Shown piece after piece: positions 49,307-59,318 of a stretch of 64,000 bases of DNA; within the stretch, counting starts at the first letter, position 1, and the number at the start of each line of letters is the position of its first letter. The position numbers and the translations under genes are program-made. Below the pieces are notes generated by a model. That model was not told where the DNA came from and did no database searches. It saw only the letters and a program-made list of their open reading frames with translations. Origin of the DNA: Cirrosporium novae-zelandiae (lineage: Eukaryota); contig JAPETS010000022.1 in assembly GCA_026023565.1 (NCBI GenBank), forward strand, positions 248,001 to 312,000, in the 5' to 3' direction.

Positions 49307-50940
49307 ATGGCTGGTCTCCCCCAAATCCCTCCTCTAAACCTGGATAATTATGAATGGCGACCCTCTCCATCAGACCCCTTGCTCTATCAGCGACGTTCCT
49401 GCGGCTCAGAAGCTACTGTAGGTCTCAAGGAACCTAACGAAAGAGGGGAATACGATCTCTACTTTGGCTGCCCCGTTCAGTTCCATCAAGGTGTCTCGAC
49501 CCTGGGGGATCTTGAACGACATGTGAAAACGACGTGGAAGAAATTCCGCTTCAGTCACCCGGAGGTCACATATACTCCTGGGTACGACGATCAGGTAACT
49601 TGTCTTGTTCAATACCGCATCCCGAAGAATCCAGAGGAGGTTGAAAGGTGGGCTGAAGAAACTGTGGTTGTGCATACAACTGACAAGAACTACACCGACC
49701 TCCGCCAGGAACTCGAGGAAAAGCGCAAGGCAGCTGAAGTCAGTGAAGCATCCAAGGGATTCACCATTCATATTGCAGCCCCCGTAGCAAAGTCTGACTC
49801 CCTCGACGGCAAGGATGTCCTGTTCATCTTCCATCTTAACCATATAACCACAGATGGTATGGGAATCCGCGTTCTTGTTGGACAATTCTTCCGTGATCTC
49901 GCTCTTCAATTATCAGGTGGTGGGGATTTCTCTATCGAGGGTCTCCAATGGGCTGATACGGTCAAAAACCTTCCTCCCGCTTATCTGGCTGTCCGTAAAC
50001 CTGATATCGATCTAAATGGCCCCAAGTACGAGCAGATTCTATATGCCTCGGTTGGTGTCATGATGCAACTTCCTGTAAGCATCAAATCCCAGTCCCCTCA
50101 CCTTTTTATTTCCGAGTATCTTAATTGATCCAACCCCAGGCGTCCCACTCACTCGTCCCCAAAGAGTCCGGGCCTTCCTACTCCCGCTCAGCCTTCGCGC
50201 CCTTCACCCTTGAGGAAACCAAAGCCGTCATTAGCGCAGTAAAAACTAAACTCGGCCCCACCTTCACAATCACCCACCTCGCCCAAAGCGCCGTCTTCAT
50301 CGCCCTACTACTCTTCAACCCGGTTCCAGAATCTGCCCCTGAAGAGACAAGCTACATCTCATCCTCTGTGATGGACGGCCGACGCTTTCTACTCGAACCC
50401 CACAATGAGAAAACCCCCTTCTCAACAATTTGCCAGTGCTCAGCTACAATCGCGTATCCCGCTATCAAGAGCTACAACATAACCAAATTCTCCAGCAAGA
50501 AAGAAATAAACGAAGCTCTAGCCAAGGGCTCCGAAATAGCAAAACAGGGCTACGATTCCTGGATTAGTATGCCGGAAAGCCTGACATCATCAGCCTCAGT
50601 CCTCGAAATGGTCGCCATGCTGCTTTCAACAACTCCGATGGGAGAATCTACAGCCAAACTTGCCGCACCTCGATTTACTTCTGACGGGATCGACGAACGG
50701 TTCATTCAACCTACGGGCGAGGGAAAGAATAGTGAAAAGGTTTTTGATATCAAGGATATTCTTTTCTCTGTCAACCAGATCTCGGCATTCCCATCTGTTC
50801 GCCTGCATTCGTTCCGCGGGTCATCAAGATTATCAATTGATTATAATCAAGGGTGGTTTGATGATGCGTATATGCAGGAATACCTAGATTGTATCAAGCA
50901 GCTGATGGTTGGGTTTGCAGATATGGAGTTGCGGAACTAA
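49307..50940 (+). CDS. Tri3-like (trichothecene 15-O-acetyltransferase family) CoA-dependent acyltransferase
   Basis: Exons 49307-50074 and 50140-50940 (522 aa). N-terminus YQRRSCGSEATVG...YDLY...RFSHPE and HxxxD motif NHITTDG resemble Fusarium Tri3; also TITHLAQSA, MDGRRFL, SDG. Confidence 0.85.
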
Positions 50941-51494
50941 AGGACTGGTTTAGAAGAGACTAGGAATGATGACGATAGAAATGAATGAATCGAACAAAGG
51001 AGACGCCCAAGACCACAACGTAGATTGATGATTCATTTTATTGTCCGCATGTACTGTACACCGACATAGGTTAGAATGAAGAAATACATGCAATTGAGGT
51101 ATCCAAACATACAGGCGCATTCTTGCCTACATACTTGGACAAAAATCTCTACTATAAAAGTATAGACTATATCTATTTGTCTAAATGAAAAAAGTATAGT
51201 TACTACGTACCTAGGTACCCTTGGGAGGAACCGCGGACGGAGTTTTTAATAGTCGGAGCTTGCGATTAACCTTCGGATAACTAGAAACGGAGTCTTAGGG
51301 CTTTTGTTGAATCCAATTTCGTCCAATTGGCCAACCACTTTCACCAGAGGCCAGACGTGCTCATGAATTTCCGTTCATGACTTTATATAGGGTTAGATGC
51401 TTATGAACTTGGTTGTATTGTCACCGTAATGAAAAAAATGGGTCTTATTCCATAAATCTGATCTCTTTAACAACCAACCAGCGATAAGCGATTA

Positions 51495-51631
51495 TCCTCC
51501 ATGGCGCGTGAGTAAAATCCCACAAAGTATTGTAGAACGTCTTCTAACCGGCAAAAAGAATTGGCTAGCGCGTCCGGCTGTTAATCCGACAGAAAACCGG
51601 GAGGTTCGTGGTTCAAGCCCACGTGGTGGAG
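51495..51631 (+). tRNA. tRNA-Asn(GTT) with canonical intron (51584-51595) and an extra 51-nt spliceosomal-like insertion in the D-arm (51508-51558)
   Basis: Without both insertions: TCCTCCA-TG-GCGC-AATTGGCTA-GCGC-G-TCCGG-CT-GTT-AA-CCGGG-AGGTT-CGTGG-TTCAAGC-CCACG-TGGTGGA-G. B-box intact; oligo-T runs downstream. Confidence 0.88.
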
Positions 51632-51641
51632 TTGTATGATA

Positions 51642-51665
51642 TTTTTGATATTTTTTGATATTTTT
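51642..51665 (+). terminator. RNA polymerase III oligo-T terminators for tRNA-Asn
   Basis: Three T-runs of 5-6 nt (TTTTTGATATTTTTTGATATTTTT) starting 11 nt after the discriminator base. Confidence 0.7.
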
Positions 51666-51978
51666 ATATATAAATGTATATGGGAGAGGAATGAGAAGGG
51701 ACTTGAAAAAGTCTAGGAAATTTTATCAGAAGAAGCTCTATAGCGTCCAGACCATCTTATTGTAAATGCCAACCAGAATTAATTACATGTTCTGTGTAAC
51801 CTGGTACAATCCGTGTTATCAAAGTTCATGATGGTATCGTAATCTATCAGCTCTCGGCCGGATACATTTTTCAAAATCTAGCAATTGTTGAATAAGTAAC
51901 TGACATTTATAACATCTCCCCTCTAAATTTATTCTCCTAGCCTTATTTGTGGCAGATTCATTATGCTTCTACCAGAGC

Positions 51979-54900
51979 ATGCCTTCCCTCCCACGCCCCC
52001 TCCCTAAAAAATGGTCACTGACTATAACTCTCCCAAAATCGACTTTTCCTGCCCGAGTCTCTCCGGCAGAACAGTCTCTCTACCTGAAACGATGCACCGA
52101 TGATCTTTATGCCTGGCAGCGTCGGGAACGACCTGCTGACAGAACCTTTACTCTTCATGATGGTCCACCCTATGCGAATGGAGATCTACACATCGGTCAT
52201 GCTTTGAACAAGATCTTGAAGGATATTATGTGCCGCTATCAGCTTACGCAAGGCAAAAGGGTGGACTTTGTACCTGGATGGGATTGTCATGGATTACCAA
52301 TTGAACTAAAGGCGTTAAAACAAGATGATAATGGCACATATAAACCCCAATTTGTACGGACAATAGCACGGGAATTGGCGGAAAAGACTGTTGAAAAACA
52401 AAAGGCTTCTTTTCGATCATGGGGAATAATGGCAGATTGGGATCATTCGTGGAAGACAATGGATAAGGAATTCGAGATGAGACAGCTAGATGTGTTTAAA
52501 GAGATGGTTGATAGAGGATTGATACATCGCCGGTTTAAGCCGATCTTCTGGTCTCCCTCCACGCGAACAGCGCTTGCTGAGGCGGAGGTGGAATATCATG
52601 AAAACCACGAGTCACAGGCTGCATATATTAGGTTTCCGATCAAAAAAGTTTCAGATGCGCTGACCCGTATACCGAGACTTGATATCTACAATCTTTGGGC
52701 CGTCATCTGGACCACAACACCATGGACTATACCAGCAAATAGGGCCATTGCTATTAATTCTCGTATTAACTACTCGATTGTAGATACCCCAGACTATGGC
52801 CAACTAATTGTTGCCGATTCAAGACTTTCTGAGTTTCTTGCGGAAACAAACCTCGCTGAGGGTTCCACCGTGCTTGCACACTCCATCAAAGGCTCCGAAC
52901 TTTTAGGAGTCGGTTTTGTGAATCCATTCCGCGGAGTAGAAAAAAGGAAATGGTCACAACCTTTCTTGCACGGTGATTTCGTTTCCGAGGAGTCCGGAAC
53001 TGGCCTGGTACACTGTGCACCAGGTCACGGTATGGAAGATTATGAACTCTGCCTTAGAAACGGAATAGAAGCTTTTGCCCCTGTTGACGATCGTGGCTGT
53101 TTCACAAAGGCAGTGATCGAACAGAACCCTTCCGCCGATATTTCGAAATTCAATGATATTATTGGCAAAGAGGTTATATCGGAGGGAAACCGGGCGATTC
53201 TACGGCGCTTGGAAGATTCAAAGTATCTGCTGCTTACTCGCAAATATGTCCACAAGTACCCCTATGACTGGCGTTCCAAGAAGCCTCTGATCATCCGAGC
53301 CACCGAGCAATGGTTTGCTGATTTAAGCGACATCAGAGACAAAGCCATCGAATCTTTAACGGCTGTCCATTTTTTCCCCGACACTGGTCGAGCTCGACTG
53401 GAAAGTTTTGTCAAGAGCCGTACGGAGTGGTGTATATCTCGCCAACGAGCATGGGGTGTTCCTATTCCTGCACTTTACGATCGCGACACGGGAGAGTCTG
53501 TGCTAACAAAGTCCAGCGTTGAGCATATCATCAAGATGATCAATGAACGTGGAATTGATGCCTGGTGGAACGACAGTCAATATGATCCCGCGTGGACGCC
53601 CCCTGAACTACGCGAGAAAGATGGCAAGAAAAAATACCGACGAGGCACTGACACAATGGACGTCTGGTTTGATAGCGGTACCAGCTGGACACACATGCGC
53701 GACTCTCTTTCAGGCACTACTCCCCAAGCAGACGTTTACCTCGAAGGCAGCGACCAACATCGTGGATGGTTCCAGTCCTCCCTTCTGACGCGCATAGCGG
53801 AACAGGAATCTCAGTCCAAGGCCATAACCCCTTTTGTGGCCCCCTTTAAAACTCTGATAACTCATGGCTTCACGCTCGACAGCAACCTCCGTAAGATGTC
53901 CAAGTCTATCGGGAACACCATTGCCCCCGAGGATATAATAAGAGGGTCCCTTCTTCCAACCCTCAAAACAAAAAAGAACAAACGTGCAAACCCTAACGAG
54001 CGCGGAAAGGCTGTCCACGACTCACTTGGTCCGGATACTTTGCGTCTCTGGGTGGCCAGCAGTGATTACACTCATGACGTAGTCATTGGGGTTCCGGTGT
54101 TGAAGTCCATCCGTACAAATCTACACAAATATCGCGTCTCTCTCAAGCTTATCCTAGGTATACTATCTGATTTCGATCCCAAGGATCCCAAGCACCTCCT
54201 CGCATATTCGGAGCTTACATTTATCGACCGTATCGCGCTCTTCCATGTCTCTCACCTCTCTGCTGTTGTCCTTCATCATTACAGCGAACACAGATTCTAC
54301 AAAGCAGTCAATGCCATAACAGCCTATCTAAGCACGTATTTTTCGGGTATTTACATAGAAGCGATCAAAGATCGGCTGTATACCTCGAGCCCAAGCGGGG
54401 TTCCCAGACGTGCAGCCCAGACGGTCATATGGCACATTCAAGAGAGGCTACTGGCAATGCTGGCGCCCATATGCCCAATACTTGCAGAGGAAGCATGGGA
54501 ACATATGCCCTCGGCGGTGAAAATCGCATCACAACCACCAGGCCAAAGAATCATGGAGCCCACACCTCCCGAATGGGCGAACCGAGTCCTGAGGGCTGAC
54601 CTATCCGTCCTCATGGCGGTAAACACGGCCATCAAGACTGCACAGGAATCTGTCCGAAGCCAAAACCTCATGGGCTCGTCCCTTCAGTCCTACGTGCACC
54701 TGTCACTTTCCCCCAAGCTGATGCCCCTATTCCAAAAATACTCACACGAACTAGAAGACCTATTCGTGGTAAGCGGCATCAGCATAGCCTCACTGGACAG
54801 CCCCTCGGACAAAGCACACACGACAACCATAACCGAAACCGCAGACTGGTTCAAAAAGGAAGAGTTTCACGCCCACAGGTACGAGGAGAGCAGCAGCAAA

Positions 54901-55149
54901 ACCCAATCCGAAGAGACCGAAAAAACCGAAGAAAGCGGTGATGGGGAACGGGGCCTGGCATATGTGTACAAGCCCCCACAGCACAAGTGCATCAGGTGCT
55001 GGAGGTACGTGGCCGAAAAGGAAGACACGCTGTGCAAGCGATGCGAGGACGTTGTAGACGAGCTGCGGGAAAGCAAACCTGAGATTTTTGAGTCAGGAGA
55101 GGAGGACGAGGACGGTGCTAATGCTAACGCTGCTGCTGTGGCTGCTTAG
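51979..55149 (+). CDS. ism1: Mitochondrial (bacterial-type) isoleucyl-tRNA synthetase
   Basis: LHDGPPYANGDLHIGH, PGWDCHGLPIE, WTTTPWT, GTGLVHCAPGHG, WCISRQRAWGVP, EGSDQHRGWFQS, KMSKS and C-terminal CIRC...CKRC. First in-frame ATG at 51979; an upstream exon is possible. Confidence 0.95.
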   Translation: MPSLPRPLPKKWSLTITLPKSTFPARVSPAEQSLYLKRCTDDLYAWQRRERPADRTFTLHDGPPYANGDLHIGHALNKILKDIMCRYQLTQGKRVDFVPGWDCHGLPIELKALKQDDNGTYKPQFVRTIARELAEKTVEKQKASFRSWGIMADWDHSWKTMDKEFEMRQLDVFKEMVDRGLIHRRFKPIFWSPSTRTALAEAEVEYHENHESQAAYIRFPIKKVSDALTRIPRLDIYNLWAVIWTTTPWTIPANRAIAINSRINYSIVDTPDYGQLIVADSRLSEFLAETNLAEGSTVLAHSIKGSELLGVGFVNPFRGVEKRKWSQPFLHGDFVSEESGTGLVHCAPGHGMEDYELCLRNGIEAFAPVDDRGCFTKAVIEQNPSADISKFNDIIGKEVISEGNRAILRRLEDSKYLLLTRKYVHKYPYDWRSKKPLIIRATEQWFADLSDIRDKAIESLTAVHFFPDTGRARLESFVKSRTEWCISRQRAWGVPIPALYDRDTGESVLTKSSVEHIIKMINERGIDAWWNDSQYDPAWTPPELREKDGKKKYRRGTDTMDVWFDSGTSWTHMRDSLSGTTPQADVYLEGSDQHRGWFQSSLLTRIAEQESQSKAITPFVAPFKTLITHGFTLDSNLRKMSKSIGNTIAPEDIIRGSLLPTLKTKKNKRANPNERGKAVHDSLGPDTLRLWVASSDYTHDVVIGVPVLKSIRTNLHKYRVSLKLILGILSDFDPKDPKHLLAYSELTFIDRIALFHVSHLSAVVLHHYSEHRFYKAVNAITAYLSTYFSGIYIEAIKDRLYTSSPSGVPRRAAQTVIWHIQERLLAMLAPICPILAEEAWEHMPSAVKIASQPPGQRIMEPTPPEWANRVLRADLSVLMAVNTAIKTAQESVRSQNLMGSSLQSYVHLSLSPKLMPLFQKYSHELEDLFVVSGISIASLDSPSDKAHTTTITETADWFKKEEFHAHRYEESSSKTQSEETEKTEESGDGERGLAYVYKPPQHKCIRCWRYVAEKEDTLCKRCEDVVDELRESKPEIFESGEEDEDGANANAAAVAA

Positions 55150-58100
55150 TTGGGTCGATTTTGGCTTCGTTAAAACACGCCTATAACTGCTTGTCTTGCT
55201 TGCTAGCTGTCGTAGCGTGGTGTGGCGTGGCGGATTACGGATGATCGCCCCGAGCGGGCTGGGGGATGGGGAATTGTTTCAGTTCCGCATGGCGGTTATA
55301 CTATCCTGTTGTCCTGTACGTTATATGTATGTATGTTTATACTAAATTATTTCACCAAGAAAAAAAATTCGGTATGAAGAAAAAACCAAGCACGTATACA
55401 CACATACATATACACGCACATATCCCCTCTGCATAATACATGCAATACAATACACACATATATGTAGTACCTAAACCCAAGTCTGAACCCAAAATCTGAA
55501 TCCGAATCCAGACAAACGGCTAGCCTAGCACGTATGTATGTATGTATGTATGTAAGCACACGCCCGACCCGTTAACCCTTCCTTCCATACATGCATACTT
55601 AGTAGATGCATACCTAGTAATTTGATGCACGCGCGCACATCCATACAAATACCTAATTCGGTATATGTACATGCCATTCTGCAAGAAAAGGAAAGAATAA
55701 TTTCCAGTTTTTTTTGTAATTTTTTTTTTTTTGAAATCAATTTAGTCGTTCACGCGCATATATAGTACATACCATACATACTACAGAAAAGAAAGAGAAA
55801 TATATATATATAATTTTTAACTAATTAGTTTTTTTTGTATTTTTTTTTTTTTTTTAAAACAAACTGGGTTGGTTAGGAAATAAAGAATTTATACAAAAAA
55901 AAAAAAAAAAAGAAAAGAAGGAAAAAGATGGAAGGGAATTTTTTTTTTTTATGTCAGGGGAAGTTGAGTTGATTGAGTAAATAAGTCTAAGGTGAGTGAG
56001 TGATGGAAGAGTAGGTAATGGAAGTTATAGTAGATTACCACCTACCTGTCTACCTTCCTTCACCCTCTCTCTTTCTCTCTTTCTCTCTAATCCATACACA
56101 TTCTCATATTCTCACATACATACATTCTCACATACGTAATTACACACATTCCTCCATTTCCCATACCATACCATGTCATTACTCACTCACTTACTGCTCA
56201 CACTCACTTGCCTTACCCTACCTTAACAATAGCAAATAAGTAAGTAGTATATATGGTAAACTGTATACAAGATGAAAAAGAAGAAAGAGAAGAAAGAAAG
56301 AAAAGAAATATATATCTAGATAAAAAAAGGATAATTAGAAAGGAATTCTTTCATTATAGTAAATAAAGTGAGTAATATAGGTAGTCTAAGTTATAGTAGA
56401 TTTACCTACCTACCTACCTACTCTACTCTACTCTACTCTACTCTATCCACCTATCTATCCACAGTAAGCGTATAATCCATCTCTCATACAAGTACAAAGT
56501 AATATATTATTAATCCACAACCCCCCAATACCCCCCCCCCCCCCTATACCCCCCATCATGAAGAATTTTTTTTAGTCCATCTATGAAGGAAGGGAAACAT
56601 AGCCATCAATTTCCTATTTCGGTTGCTGTTGTGCGATATTGTGTGTGTGTGTGTGTGTATGTGTGTGTTTTTTCGGGGGACCCGAGGGTTTGGGTAGGAA
56701 ACAGGGATGTTGGGGATGGGGGTTATGCGGTATGTATGTATGTATGCGGGAAGGGGGACGGGGGACGGGGGACGGGAGGGATGGGAAGGATGGGGATTGG
56801 TTTTTACTTTTTGGAAGGAATTATTTACATTACATTACGTTACTTTACATTATTTTTTGTGCTGTGTTTACATAGTATTATGCTTGTATGTGTGTGTGTG
56901 TGTGTGTGTGTATGTGTGGATTGGGGGGGGGGGGGGTTAGGTAGGTTAGGTACAATATATTAACATTTATATTTATTTTACTTTACTTTACTTCTTTTTA
57001 TCTATATCTATTTATTTATTCTTTTTTTTCTCTTTATTTTCACTTTCATTGTTTATTTAAAAAAGGAAGAAATAAAGAAGAAAAAAAAGAAAGAGGAAGA
57101 AGAAGAAGAAGAAGAATTTATGATGTGGGGATTGGGGGGGGATTTTTGTTTCTGTTTCTGTTTTTATTTTGTGTGGGTTAGATAGGTAAGTAGACAAGTC
57201 CTCTAATGAATGATCCAATCCATCTCTCCATCTATCTAATCTACCCTATCTAAGGTACAGTACACAACAACATAGCTTCTTTAGCTTGTGGCTATAAGTC
57301 GTAGTTAACTCCCTTTACATCCCATTCCTTTACCTTATCCACCCATTCTCCCTCGTCTACCTACTTATTCCCTGGTACATATATTTGTTTTGCTCTTTTC
57401 ATTCATTCATTTATCGAAGCTATCAATTCTTACTCTGGTGTTGAAGTGTGCATGTGTGCAAGTGCTCAAGTGAGGACCTATTTATCTTTTTTTTCCTTTT
57501 TTTTTTCTTCCTTTTTTTGGTATATGAGGTTGGGAGGTGAATGGGTTATGCGAATTATGCAAAGGTTAGGGGGATGGAGGGAGGGGGTTGGGGGTTGGGG
57601 CAATCGATGGGTAGACGGATATAATATACACACATACATATACATTTCCTTCTTCCTCCTCCTCCTCCTCCTCCTCTCCTCTTCTTCTGCTCCTCCCATA
57701 CTTAAGCAAGAAACATCCATCCCATCTCATCCCATCCCACCACCCCTATCCCCCCTTATCCACCCCATCCCTTTCCCCCTAGGTTTTTGTCAAGTCTAGA
57801 TTGGATTTATAAGGATCTTATCGTATCGGATAATGAAATGTCTAATATCTAGTAAGATAATATATACTACTAGTAAAATAAAGAACGTAGGGACGTAGTA
57901 AAGAATTCGGAATGTGTATAAAGTAAATACAAAATACAAAGGTACTACTACTATAGAAATCCACATCCATTGGTTTCCAAATTTCTAATTTCTAATCTCC
58001 GTCCCGGTGGGGTAGGGGGGGAAGAGTCCGGGGGGTTTATCTCTTCTTCGCCCTTTCAATACTATACGTGTACATCTATGCATAATGGGCATGTGGCATG

Positions 58101-58220
58101 TGGCATGTGGCATGTGGTTTGCCAGGTTTACTTTGCTAGACTGGAGATAATATAGATTGTAGATGGATTTACTAGTAGACTAACATAGCTGTGTAGGATA
58201 GATTTTAGAGTGTTAAGGGG

Positions 58221-58564
58221 GGGATGGGGGTTGTATTGTGTGTACATGACCACAAGGCCAAGGGGAGGTAAGCCTGTATTGTGTATTCGTGCATACTTAC
58301 GTAAGTAACCACGTAGGCCACCACACGGTAAAGTAGGATAGGTAAGATAGGTAGGGCAGAGTAAAGCTGGGGACCGGGGGGAGGAGCTAGATTATGTAAA
58401 ACCAAAGCCAAGGGTAATGAGGCACCGTAGGCTACACGGCAAGATACGTACTCGAGTAGGTACAGTAGCTAGGTATAGAGAGGGGGGTAGCTGTATTGTG
58501 CATAACCACAAGGCCAAGGGCAGGTACTGTAGGCCACGGGAAGGTAAGGTAGGGCAGAGCAAAG
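58221..58564 (+). repeat. Imperfect local direct duplication (about 58221-58357 vs 58481-58564)
   Basis: Shared blocks TGTATTGTG, ACCACAAGGCCAAGGG, GTAGGCCAC and GGTAGGGCAGAG occur in the same order in both copies. Confidence 0.65.
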
Positions 58565-59318
58565 GTAAAGTAAATTAAAGATAAAAATAAAGATATGTCA
58601 CGCCTCCATCCATCCATCATGGCTATTTTTTGACTTAGAACTCTCCAACTCGAACTCGGGTCCGGTCCGGTTCCCGGTCTGACGCCTATGTTGCTGTTTC
58701 TGTTGCTGTTAATCAATTAATTAATATATACACCATGTCACGCAGGTAACTTGTACATGTGCATGTGCAAAGCAAGGAAGCAAGGAAGCAAGGAAGCTAA
58801 GCGATCACCGACGGCGGGTGTTTTTTTTAAAAAGTGTTTGGCTTTTCTAGACTCTATGGGGAAGAGGGGAGCGAAATGCGTTTGTTTGTTTGTCGCCTCC
58901 GTAGGTCTTACCTTTGGAAATTTGAGGGAATCGGAAATCGGGATGAGGAGAAAGTTGATTTGATGGAAACAGGGATTGGGCCTTTTTTTTGTTGTTTGTT
59001 GTTCATTTTTGCGCAAGATCGACTCAACAAGGAATTCAATAACGATGGTCTCTCGCGAGGGGAGGTCGGCCCGATATCTAACTCTTTCTTTGGTAAATCA
59101 AAAATCATTCCATTCCAAAGGTAGGTAAATCGCCAAATTCCTATCTATCCGATCTCTCTGCGTTGTGCATGTCTAATTCTGTGATGGGTAAAAGGATTTA
59201 ATCGGCATCAGATAAACCCCGTCCACCAGATTAATAGCCCCCCCATCATCATCGATCGTCATTGATTGATTGTTTCGCATGCCAAATCCGTTGTCATTCA
59301 TTCAAATTCGGGTCGGGT

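Noticed and set aside
58656..59174. Short ORFs from the track here and in other SSR-rich spacers (e.g. 1437-2120, 17966-19126, 55347-58716)
   Set aside because: Low-complexity translations with no recognisable domains; expected by chance.
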